From Polynucleobacter sp. (lineage in GTDB: Bacteria; Pseudomonadota; Gammaproteobacteria; Burkholderiales; Burkholderiaceae): 64,000 nucleotides of DNA. The notes beneath the pieces were generated by a model. That model did no database searches and was not told the origin of the DNA. It saw only the letters and a list, made by a program, of their open reading frames with translations. The stretch spans positions 146 to 64,145 of the forward strand of contig NZ_JBIIPA010000008.1 in assembly GCF_044342855.1 (NCBI RefSeq), read 5' to 3'. A program made the translations under genes and the position numbers. This document shows, piece after piece, positions 33,340-41,718 of the stretch; positions within the stretch are counted from its first letter, which is position 1, and each line of letters starts with the position of its first letter.

Positions 33340-35284
33340 TCAGTTAAAGCTTGCAGATAAACCAATTGACCCCCAAGTCCCTGGCATTGGGTAACCCTGG
33401 CGATAGCTGTATTGTTGGTTAAAGATGTTCTCAATCATTACAAAAACCTCACCCTTCTTACCTAACTCTGGAACTGGATAGGACGCGCGAGCATTAGCCA
33501 CTGCAAAGCCATCAACTTTCGTTGTGTTGGTAAATCCACTATTTCGGGCTAAGTTTTGTGTATATATCGATGTTTGAAACTGAGCGTCTACAGATACCCT
33601 AAACTTATATACATAACCCGTGAGTGCAGCGTTAAACGCATTCTGGGGCATATAAGGGAGGTTGACTGTGCTGTTGTTATTTAGATAAGTCCAGCCCAAA
33701 AATCCAGTTAACTCAGGAATGATTTCGCGTTGACCTGAGAGCTCGACACCCTTTGTGGTGTACTGGCCAATTGACACCCAATTAACAACTGGTCCAGCCT
33801 CTGTAAATGTTGCACGATTGCTAATAGCATCCTGAAAGAGACTCAAATCAATTCGGCTCTTCTTGTCCGGATAGAACTTTCCACCAACCTCAATATGATT
33901 CATTTCTTCTGGCGAAAGATTTGCCCATGAGTTGTTAGCTGTTGCACCAAATGCCTGCGTCCAAACTGCGTTAGCTGCATTCATCGCCGGACCCTCTAGG
34001 CCGGGATAGTTAATACCTTTAGACGCATTGGCAAACAAAGTTGCTCTATCAGAGATCAGGGATAAACCACCGTAAGGCGCGGCCTTGGAGGCGTAGTAAT
34101 TATTCTGATATGTACGAACACCAGCGGAAGGTTGTAGAGACCAAGCATCACTTACCTTCATGTTGTGGCTTAAACCAACATACGGAGAAGTCAGTTTAAA
34201 AGTAGGTAGATTTGTTTTAACTGTTCCAGTAACTGGCGGCCCAACCCTGCTTTGAGTAACGCTTCCATATGAAGTGTCGTAATCCAACCCAAGAACTAAG
34301 CTACCCCCAGTCCACGGGGTAATGTTTTCCTTCCAACGGAAACCCTGCATAGTAAATGGATTATTTTCGGTACCCCACCCACCAGCACCATTGTCATTAT
34401 TAAAGTTGCCCTTGCCAGTATTGCTATAGAAACGGAACTCACCTTCGACCGCATCATATTGATGCTTTACAAAGGCTGTAACCATTTGAGCAGCAGAATC
34501 ATAAGTTGGCGCAATCGCAGGCGCCGGCAAGGTGTTATTTCCCGGGTCGGTTGCTGTATTGTTAATAGCCATTCCACTCACGCCAACCGACCAATTGCGA
34601 TCTAGCTTTAATCCTAAGCCACCCATAATGTTGCTCAACTGGCCGCTAGCATTAGCTCTTTGGCCATTGGATTTAGAAAATCCCTGAGCAAGATTAAAGT
34701 CAACATCATCATGACGTCCAGCCATATCCACCTGCTCAATCACCGTATTGAATGAGCCATATGAAACTCTTGCATTCCCTGACAGACCATTTCCAGGGCC
34801 CGCTGACTTGGTATTCATATTGATCGAGGCAAAGTTATTACCGTTTACCTGAGGCTGTGCGCTCTTGTAGATGGTAATGTCCTTCATACCGTTGACTGGT
34901 AGCAGGTCCAATAAGGCATGATTCCAGATCGGCATATACATCGGTACGTTATCAATGTAGGTTTTAATTTCACTACCAGGCCTACTTAAACCCATACCGC
35001 GAATAAAGATTGATCCACCCTCAGCCCCACCATATGAGCCCACCGGGTTGTATCGAGAGATCTGAGTTTCTGGCGTGTTACGCAAGGCAGATGCTATCGG
35101 CTGCATGTAAGTCGCGAATTGTTTCATCAGTGATTACGGCGGAGGTGCTGGAGAACTTGTCAATTTCAACCTCAGCAATATCCGGCTTTGCCGTCACAAT
35201 GACGTGAGGAACGCTTTGTGCATACACATTGCCAGCCACGATGAGTGATGCAGCAAGCGCTAATTTGGTTTTATATAAATTCAT
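33340..35284 (-). pseudogene. TonB-dependent receptor, interrupted by a frameshift
   Basis: The signal peptide and the start of the plug (ORF 35078-35320) lie in a different frame from the rest of the plug and barrel (33340-35127; terminal ...GLSASFN). The two frames overlap at 35078-35127. Reading suggests a 1-nt indel near 35086-35092. Confidence 0.7.
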
Positions 35285-35297
35285 TTTTAGCCTCGAA

Positions 35298-35780
35298 TTA
35301 ATGTTTTGAATCAGATTCATGCTGCATGCCGTGACCCATAGTCACGACACCATCAAATGAATCCAGTTGTTTAATTTTTTGCGGGGAAAGCGTTGCTTCT
35401 GCAGTCTTAAGTTTTGCCGTGATGTTGTTAGCAATCTCTTTAGAAATACCTGCCGATGCAATAGTACTAGGATCTTTAAATCCAGCACCTCCACAAGCAA
35501 TGATTTCCCAATCAGCATGTTTTCTTCTGAGAAGCGCCCGGCCACCCTTTTGACCTTGAGTCCAATCTGCAATGGCAACTTTCCCCTCAATGACGATCGG
35601 GTTGGTTTGCACCTTCAAATTGGGCTGATCAAACGTCTTTGAAATCAACGCCTTGATCTTCTCCTGAGACTCTGCCTCAGCCTGTGGATGAGCAATAGCA
35701 TTAGAAGCTATGCAAATAGCTGTAAATATGAATAATGAAATCTGCCTTAAAGAAGGCCAACTCACTTGAATTGAAAACAT
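35298..35780 (-). CDS. exported protein with a C-terminal His/Met-rich tail (copper-uptake associated?)
   Basis: Signal peptide ...NAIA-HP and a MGHGMQHESDSKH tail. The start was set to the ATG at 35780, which has GGAG 6 nt upstream and lies inside the repeat. Confidence 0.45.
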   Translation of the reverse strand: MFSIQVSWPSLRQISLFIFTAICIASNAIAHPQAEAESQEKIKALISKTFDQPNLKVQTNPIVIEGKVAIADWTQGQKGGRALLRRKHADWEIIACGGAGFKDPSTIASAGISKEIANNITAKLKTAEATLSPQKIKQLDSFDGVVTMGHGMQHESDSKH

Positions 35781-35802
35781 GTAATTCTCCACACAACATC
35801 AC

Positions 35803-35817
35803 GGCAACTTGGTTGCC
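35803..35817 (-). promoter_or_regulatory. conserved hairpin in the spacer after DUF2946 copy b
   Basis: GGCAAC-TTG-GTTGCC palindrome lying between the DUF2946 stop and the next RBS. An identical copy sits at 39047-39061. Confidence 0.35.
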
Positions 35818-35849
35818 AACTACATAGCTAGGCTATGCCCTAAAAAGAC

Positions 35850-36224
35850 TTAGGCTTGTGAAGGAGGTGCTGCTGAAGGGGGTGTTACCCAAACAGCGAG
35901 AGGCTTGGGTGATTGATAGAAAAGCTGTGGCAGTAAAGCCAGTGTTTGCGGCACCTGAAAGGTGAGGTTGGTATTAAATGCTGGCGTGATGGCTGCATGA
36001 GCGATGCAATAGGGGCATGGCTGATCTGATTCAGCCAGTTCTGTACTCTCAAGGCTTTGAATACTAATTTGTGACCTTGCTCCATCTGCCGCACAAATTT
36101 CCATGGCAAAACCTTGGCCATGTTTCGCTAGCGATACCGCTTGAGAAACTGCTGGCGCAAGCGCACTCATTGCGATTGCTAGAGCAGCAATCCAGTGAAT
36201 GAGGCGGTTTTTGCGGAAATTCAT
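35850..36224 (-). CDS. DUF2946-family protein, copy b
   Basis: HWIAALAIAMSALAPAVSQA, a CPYC motif, and a PSAAPPSQA C-terminus. Confidence 0.7.
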   Translation of the reverse strand: MNFRKNRLIHWIAALAIAMSALAPAVSQAVSLAKHGQGFAMEICAADGARSQISIQSLESTELAESDQPCPYCIAHAAITPAFNTNLTFQVPQTLALLPQLFYQSPKPLAVWVTPPSAAPPSQA

Positions 36225-36236
36225 GATGGGGAGATT

Positions 36237-36614
36237 TTATCGATTATTTGAATGTTCTGCTCCAAGCACTACACCCTGTACTAAATTGATGAGGGTAAAC
36301 CCGTAATCCTCCAAGCAAGTTGGGCAAACAATGATGGTTGCACCATTTGCAATAGCCTGCCTTATCGCCTCTTGTTCTTTGGAAACGTTTCCTGATTTAA
36401 CCTCTACCCCAAGATTAACTGCCTTGTCATTGAGGTAGATAACAATCGGATACCCTTTTTCTGCGTATTGCCGACCCGCATCCAAAGCCATTGAAACCTT
36501 GGCTGGATCATTGGTGGCAAGATTAATGTAGATTGGCTCTTTCGCAGCTAGAGCGGATAAGGGTAAAGCAATGACTGCTAGCACAGACAATATTCTGAGT
36601 ATTCTAGAAATCAT
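36237..36614 (-). CDS. exported DsrE/DsrF-fold protein with CPTC motif
   Basis: Signal peptide ...SALA. Same core pattern as 32823-33233 (INLATND, IVIYLNDKAV.LGV, IIVCPTCLEDYGF). GAGGGAAG RBS. Confidence 0.55.
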   Translation of the reverse strand: MISRILRILSVLAVIALPLSALAAKEPIYINLATNDPAKVSMALDAGRQYAEKGYPIVIYLNDKAVNLGVEVKSGNVSKEQEAIRQAIANGATIIVCPTCLEDYGFTLINLVQGVVLGAEHSNNR

Positions 36615-36650
36615 CGCTTCCCTCGTCTTTTATCTTAGATAATTAACTGC

Positions 36651-38798
36651 TTAAAACTTCATGTTGGCTGAGACATAGAAAGTTCTACCCATCCCGGCCA
36701 CTCCCGTACCCCAAGCTACGCCATTCATGGACATGGTCTTGCCTTGACCTACATACGCCCCACCCTGCGGTAGTGCATAGAGTTTATTTAGCAAGTTCTC
36801 AATGCCAAAGTTCACGCGATATTTTTTATCATCATATGAAGCACGCAAGTTATATAAAGAATATCCACCAGTAGCAATCTCATTTCTAACAGCATTAAGA
36901 TTGGTCTTAGCTGCCACGAACTGCCCTTCAACAGTGTTAGTCCAATTCGCACCCAAGTACTGCACTAAGCCAATTTTTCCGTTAAGCGGCATGATGTTGT
37001 AGAGATTCCCACCGGTTGTCACGTTTTGACCCCGCGTATATGAAGCTATACCAGTCATCTGGAAGCTGCCTAATTGAGGCAGTTTGCCCAACATCACATT
37101 GCCCGATAAATCTAAGCCGTAGAGTTGCGCGTCTTGGTTAACATATTTCAGCACATTGAATTTATTCACGGTACAAGTTGTGTTGCATGCTGCATCAATG
37201 TAGTTACTCACATAGGTGTAGTAAGGATTAGTCTTGAATCCCCATGACTCTTTATTAGCATCATGCCAATCACTCGCGAAACTCACTGTGTTTGCAACCT
37301 CGGGGGCTAGCGTAATTTGACCTACATAACCATTGCCATCACCTACAAAGTTATTCATTACGGCTGCCATAGGGACGGAAGACCATGAGTAACGCTCATA
37401 GAGATTTGGTGACCTAGTTTTACGAGAATAGCCAGCCTCGTAATTTTGACTGTTATCCGGCTTATATCTAGATAACGCAGTTAAATCCCAGTTGTAATCT
37501 GTTTGCTGACGTTGCTGAGCATTAAATCGATTGGCATCAGCGTTGTACGCAGTAGCGCCATAACCCGCTACATTTCCTGCATTAGAAGCCACTTGCTCGA
37601 CACGAACCCCAGCTAGACCCATCCACTCCTTAGTCCACTGTTGCTCAAACTCACTAAACAATGCCAGTCGATCTCTAGTGCCATTATTAATATTATGAAA
37701 TGTGTTTGGCCCCATCATCCCCGTGGTGGAGTATGCAGCAGGCCACCAATCATTTAATTTATAACCCCGCCATTCCGTACCCAATCTCACTAACTGAGTA
37801 TCGGAGAGTGACATAGTGCCCTTAATAATGGCACCATTGGTTGAGCTTGCAGTCAGCATAGGCATGGCTGGAGAAGTTCTTGCTCCAGTGTTGTCATCCA
37901 TCTGGTGATTCACCATCTGGTTGTAGGCTTGGGCTTCTAATTTTCCCCAGTCATGCTGACCGGTATATTTCAGATTAAATTGTGAGCCAATGTTTTTAGT
38001 CATGTCCATACGTTGGTTTGAATAACCTTCGAATGGTATGAATTGATATCCCGCCTTAAACTCCACTAAGTGGTTGTCTTTTTGCCAAGCTAAAGAGAGC
38101 TGTTGATTGGTTGCAATATATTTAGAGGCGCCGACTGTGCTCGGAGATATCCCATTTCCAGCAGGCTTGAAGTTGCCACCAGCGGTGTAATTTCCTGCCT
38201 TTGCAGAATCTACCGTGTAGTTGGCGCTGAATTCATCGCCAGCAGCGGTCACATTTAAGTTACCAGCAATTGCGCTGGCATTACTACTGTACGATGCGCC
38301 AACCTCACCTTGGGTAAGCGTCTCACCCTTTTTGGCAAAGACTGGTGGTAAAGACTGAACTGAGACTACACCACCTAAACTGTCACCACCCGCACTCACT
38401 GGTGAAAGGCCAGTGATCACTTTGATGCTACCAACATTGGATGGGCTGATATACGAAAGTGGTGAGTTCATATGGTTTGGGCAAGATGAGATTAAATCTA
38501 AGCCGTCAACTTTGACTGCCACGCGATCATCTGCTAAACCGTGTATTGATGGCAATCCAGAAACACCTCCCCCGGTATACATGCTTACACCGGGGATATT
38601 CAGGAGCATGGCTGCAGTATTTGGCGTGTTTACACGTGACTGATTGAGCTCTTTGCCTGAGATCGTTGTTTGCGTAAGAGGCGCCTCCTGAATCCCAGTC
38701 ACAGTGAGGGTATCCAAATTAGGGGCGGCTTGACCGTATGCATTAGTAAGCATCAAAGATGCAACTAAGGCTATCGGCGTTATTTTTAATGCGTTCAT
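36651..38798 (-). CDS. TonB-dependent copper receptor (OprC/NosA-like)
   Basis: 715 aa with a signal peptide, a plug, and a barrel ending in the terminal F. CPNHM (C106, M110) and HQM (H298, M300) fit the CxxxM/HxM site described for OprC. Confidence 0.7.
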   Translation of the reverse strand: MNALKITPIALVASLMLTNAYGQAAPNLDTLTVTGIQEAPLTQTTISGKELNQSRVNTPNTAAMLLNIPGVSMYTGGGVSGLPSIHGLADDRVAVKVDGLDLISSCPNHMNSPLSYISPSNVGSIKVITGLSPVSAGGDSLGGVVSVQSLPPVFAKKGETLTQGEVGASYSSNASAIAGNLNVTAAGDEFSANYTVDSAKAGNYTAGGNFKPAGNGISPSTVGASKYIATNQQLSLAWQKDNHLVEFKAGYQFIPFEGYSNQRMDMTKNIGSQFNLKYTGQHDWGKLEAQAYNQMVNHQMDDNTGARTSPAMPMLTASSTNGAIIKGTMSLSDTQLVRLGTEWRGYKLNDWWPAAYSTTGMMGPNTFHNINNGTRDRLALFSEFEQQWTKEWMGLAGVRVEQVASNAGNVAGYGATAYNADANRFNAQQRQQTDYNWDLTALSRYKPDNSQNYEAGYSRKTRSPNLYERYSWSSVPMAAVMNNFVGDGNGYVGQITLAPEVANTVSFASDWHDANKESWGFKTNPYYTYVSNYIDAACNTTCTVNKFNVLKYVNQDAQLYGLDLSGNVMLGKLPQLGSFQMTGIASYTRGQNVTTGGNLYNIMPLNGKIGLVQYLGANWTNTVEGQFVAAKTNLNAVRNEIATGGYSLYNLRASYDDKKYRVNFGIENLLNKLYALPQGGAYVGQGKTMSMNGVAWGTGVAGMGRTFYVSANMKF

Positions 38799-38844
38799 TT
38801 CTACTCCGAGATATTTAAAGTCTATGAATTAATCTGAATTGGAT

Positions 38845-39024
38845 TTATTTCTGAATAGATGAAATTGGCGTGAGCACAATCTCTGCGCTACCCAAGGCGG
38901 TATGGGTATTGGTTGCATTTGAAAGAATGAGATAGCTGGCATAGAGGAGCCAAATGGCCACACCCATAGCAATACCAACATAGACGCGCTTTAGGCGTAA
39001 TGAAATTTTTTCAGATAAAAACAT
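38845..39024 (-). CDS. small single-TM ORF (59 aa), uncertain
   Basis: It shares its RBS and first codons with the 35780 gene because these lie inside the repeat. The rest is unrelated, with one hydrophobic helix. Confidence 0.3.
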   Translation of the reverse strand: MFLSEKISLRLKRVYVGIAMGVAIWLLYASYLILSNATNTHTALGSAEIVLTPISSIQK

Positions 39025-39046
39025 GTAATTCTCCACACAACATCAC

Positions 39047-39061
39047 GGCAACTTGGTTGCC
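39047..39061 (-). promoter_or_regulatory. conserved hairpin in the spacer after DUF2946 copy c
   Basis: GGCAAC-TTG-GTTGCC, identical to 35803-35817. Confidence 0.35.
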
Positions 39062-39093
39062 AACTACATAGCTAAGCTATGCCCTAAAAAGAT

Positions 39094-39465
39094 TTAGGCT
39101 TGTGTAGGAGGTGCTGCTGAAGGGGGCGTTACCCAAACAGCAAGAGGCTTGGGTGATTGATAGAAAAGCTGTGGCAGCAAAGCAAGTGTTTGCGGCGCTT
39201 GGAATGTGAGGTTGGTATTGAATGCTGGCGTAATGGCTGTTTGAGCAATGCAATATGGGCATGGCTGTGCCTCTGCGCGGTCTGCCTGGTCTTCGCTTTG
39301 AATATTAATTTGCAATTTATTGCCATCAGGAGAGCAAACCTCCATTGCAAAACCTTGGCCATGCTTCGCTAGCGATACCGCTTGAGAAACTGCTGGCGCA
39401 AGCGCACTCATTGCGATTGCTAGAGCAGCAATCCAGTGAATGAGGCGGTTTTTGCGGAAATTCAT
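39094..39465 (-). CDS. DUF2946-family protein, copy c
   Basis: The first ~40 aa are identical to copy b. CPYC motif and a PSAAPPTQA C-terminus. Confidence 0.7.
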   Translation of the reverse strand: MNFRKNRLIHWIAALAIAMSALAPAVSQAVSLAKHGQGFAMEVCSPDGNKLQINIQSEDQADRAEAQPCPYCIAQTAITPAFNTNLTFQAPQTLALLPQLFYQSPKPLAVWVTPPSAAPPTQA

Positions 39466-39502
39466 GATGGTGAGATTTTATCGGAATTTTGCTTTTTGCA
39501 TG

Positions 39503-39526
39503 AAAAAAGGGGCTTGCGCCCCTTTT
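39503..39526 (-). terminator. rho-independent terminator after tctA
   Basis: Stem AAGGGGC/GCCCCTT with a 4-nt loop, followed on the minus strand by a T6 run. Confidence 0.55.
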
Positions 39527-39562
39527 CCCTTATGAAATCGCTATTTCTAGCTTATTTCACTC

Positions 39563-41062
39563 TTATGCTGCAGCAGCTTTTTTCTTGCCTACAAACTTGC
39601 CAATCAATGGCCAGAATAGTAATAGCAATGCGAGACCTGTAATACCGCCTACCAATGGGTTGGAGAAGAAAATATCTAAGCTACCTTGTGAGAACAACAT
39701 GGACTGGCGGAATGAGTCTTCTGCACGGTCGCCCAACACCAAGGCCAAGACCATAGGTGCCATTGGGTAATCGAGCTTCTTAAAGACATAACCCAGCACA
39801 CCGAAGCCCAACATCAACCAAACGTCAAACATCGCGTTGTGGACGGTGTATGCACCAACCGCACAAATCACAATAATGACTGGAGCAATGATGGAGAACG
39901 GAATTCTCAAGATTGAGGCAAACAATGGAACGCAAGTTAATACGACAAACAAGCCTGCCAAGTTACCTAAGTACATACTAGCAATCAAGCCCCAAACAAA
40001 GTCTGGTTTCTCAACGAAGAGCAATGGACCTGGCTGCAAGCCCCAGATCAACAAACCGCCAAGCAACACAGCAGCTGTTGGTGATCCTGGGATACCTAAT
40101 GACAACATTGGCAACAAGGCAGCTGTACCAGCAGCATGAGCTGCTGTTTCTGGAGCAACAATACCTTCCATTTTTCCAGTACCAAACTTGTCACCTTCTT
40201 TAGATACGCGTTTTGCAACACCGTAAGCCATGAAAGATGCAGGAGTAGCACCACCTGGAGTGATACCCATCCAGCAACCAATCAAGCAGCTGCGCAATGA
40301 AGTTGCCCAATATTTTGGTAACTGCTTCCAAGTTTCCCAAACAACCTTACCGCGAATCTTCGCTGCAGCACCTTGGAATGCCAAGCCCTCTTCCATTGAA
40401 AGAAGAATCTCGCCAATACCAAACAAGCCGATAACCGCGATCAAGAAGTCAAAACCACGCATCAACTCTGGGTTACCAAAAGTTAAACGCAACTGACCTG
40501 TAACCGTATCCATACCAACGGTAGCCAACGCAAAGCCCAACATCATTGCTGAAATTGTCTTGAAAGGCGAACCTTTATTCATGCCCACAAAACTACAGAA
40601 GGTAAGTAGGTAGACCGAGAAGAATTCCGGCGGACCGAATTGGAGAGCAAACTTCGCAACCAATGGTGCCAAGAAGGTAATCATCACAATCGCAAAGAAC
40701 GCTCCTACAAATGATGATGTGAACGCTGCAGTCAATGCTTCACCAGCTTTACCGTTACGAGCCATTGGATAACCATCAAAGGTTGTCGCAACTGACCAAG
40801 GTTCACCAGGAATATTAAATAGTACGGATGTAATCGCGCCACCAAACAATGCACCCCAGTAAATACAGGACAACATGATGATTGCGGATGTTGGCGGCAT
40901 TGTGAAGGTCAATGGCAACAGAATCGCGATGCCGTTTGCGCCACCCAAACCTGGCAAAACACCGATGATCACACCGAGCGTTACACCAACTAACATTAGC
41001 AATAAGTTAAAGGGTGTCATTGCAACGGCAAAGCCGTTGAATAGAGCGTTAATTTCTTCCAA
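39563..41062 (-). CDS. tctA: tripartite tricarboxylate transporter permease TctA
   Basis: 499 aa with about 12 TM helices and the characteristic GVLPGLGGANGIAILLPLTF N-terminal region. Confidence 0.9.
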   Translation of the reverse strand: MEEINALFNGFAVAMTPFNLLLMLVGVTLGVIIGVLPGLGGANGIAILLPLTFTMPPTSAIIMLSCIYWGALFGGAITSVLFNIPGEPWSVATTFDGYPMARNGKAGEALTAAFTSSFVGAFFAIVMITFLAPLVAKFALQFGPPEFFSVYLLTFCSFVGMNKGSPFKTISAMMLGFALATVGMDTVTGQLRLTFGNPELMRGFDFLIAVIGLFGIGEILLSMEEGLAFQGAAAKIRGKVVWETWKQLPKYWATSLRSCLIGCWMGITPGGATPASFMAYGVAKRVSKEGDKFGTGKMEGIVAPETAAHAAGTAALLPMLSLGIPGSPTAAVLLGGLLIWGLQPGPLLFVEKPDFVWGLIASMYLGNLAGLFVVLTCVPLFASILRIPFSIIAPVIIVICAVGAYTVHNAMFDVWLMLGFGVLGYVFKKLDYPMAPMVLALVLGDRAEDSFRQSMLFSQGSLDIFFSNPLVGGITGLALLLLFWPLIGKFVGKKKAAAA

Positions 41063-41102
41063 CTTGGACTCTTTTTTAATCTTTTTTAATAGTTATACTT
41101 TT

Positions 41103-41630
41103 TTATTCCACGCCCAAGAACTCGAGTGGATTAATCCATGAGCCATGTGGCAATGGAACCTGGAACCAGTATTCGAACATCAGGTACAGGGCCGCACTCA
41201 CACCAACTGACACGGCAACTGCCTTCCAAATTGGGTATTTACCTAACCACACCATGAAGATCGCGATATAGAAGGCCGAAGAAACATAGATACCAATCAA
41301 TTGCACACCTAGAACAAACACAATCGCCGGCAACAAGACTGCCATTACCTGCTTAGAGGGCTCTTTTTCAACAAACGATTCTGTTTTCTTTTTCTTATTA
41401 ACGATTGCAGCTTGATACAGAGTCACCGCACTGGACAACATGATGATCAAGCTAATGTAAAAGGGAAAGTAACCAGCCTCTGGACCATCAGCACCCCAGC
41501 TAGCACCCAACTTCAGACTACCAACCATTACCGTCAGACCTACAGCCAGGAATGCAATAGAGGTGATGATATCCATCGCTCTAACGCTAATCACTGAGTC
41601 TTGATTTGTATTATTTGTATGTTCAGACAT
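41103..41630 (-). CDS. tctB: tripartite tricarboxylate transporter TctB-family small subunit
   Basis: 175 aa with 4 TM helices, immediately upstream of tctA. Confidence 0.7.
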   Translation of the reverse strand: MSEHTNNTNQDSVISVRAMDIITSIAFLAVGLTVMVGSLKLGASWGADGPEAGYFPFYISLIIMLSSAVTLYQAAIVNKKKKTESFVEKEPSKQVMAVLLPAIVFVLGVQLIGIYVSSAFYIAIFMVWLGKYPIWKAVAVSVGVSAALYLMFEYWFQVPLPHGSWINPLEFLGVE

Positions 41631-41675
41631 TTTTATACTTTTTTAATAAAGTTAATAAACACAATTACTCAAAAA

Positions 41676-41703
41676 ATAGGACCCCTTACTAGTGGGGTCC
41701 TAT
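41676..41703 (-). terminator. hairpin plus T-run after tctC (intra-locus terminator/attenuator)
   Basis: 10-bp stem ATAGGACCCC/GGGGTCCTAT with an 8-nt loop, followed by TTTTTT on the minus strand. Confidence 0.55.
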
Positions 41704-41718
41704 TTAGTTTCTTGAAAA

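Larger units (their letters stand above)
35774..36242. repeat. mosaic direct repeat, copy b (DUF2946 gene plus flanks)
   Basis: By-eye alignment to 39018-39483. Near-identical at both ends, diverged in the centre, with a net 3-nt length difference. Confidence 0.85.
39018..39483. repeat. mosaic direct repeat, copy c
   Basis: See copy b at 35774-36242. Confidence 0.85.

Noticed and set aside
35078-35320. An 80-aa ORF as an independent small gene upstream of the receptor.
   Set aside because: It encodes the signal peptide and the start of the plug of the TonB-dependent receptor. It is better explained as the 5' fragment of a frameshifted gene.
39585-41141. Several 60-100-aa + strand ORFs antisense to tctA.
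   Set aside because: They are embedded in a clearly recognisable 12-TM TctA frame. The antisense ORFs are a composition artefact.
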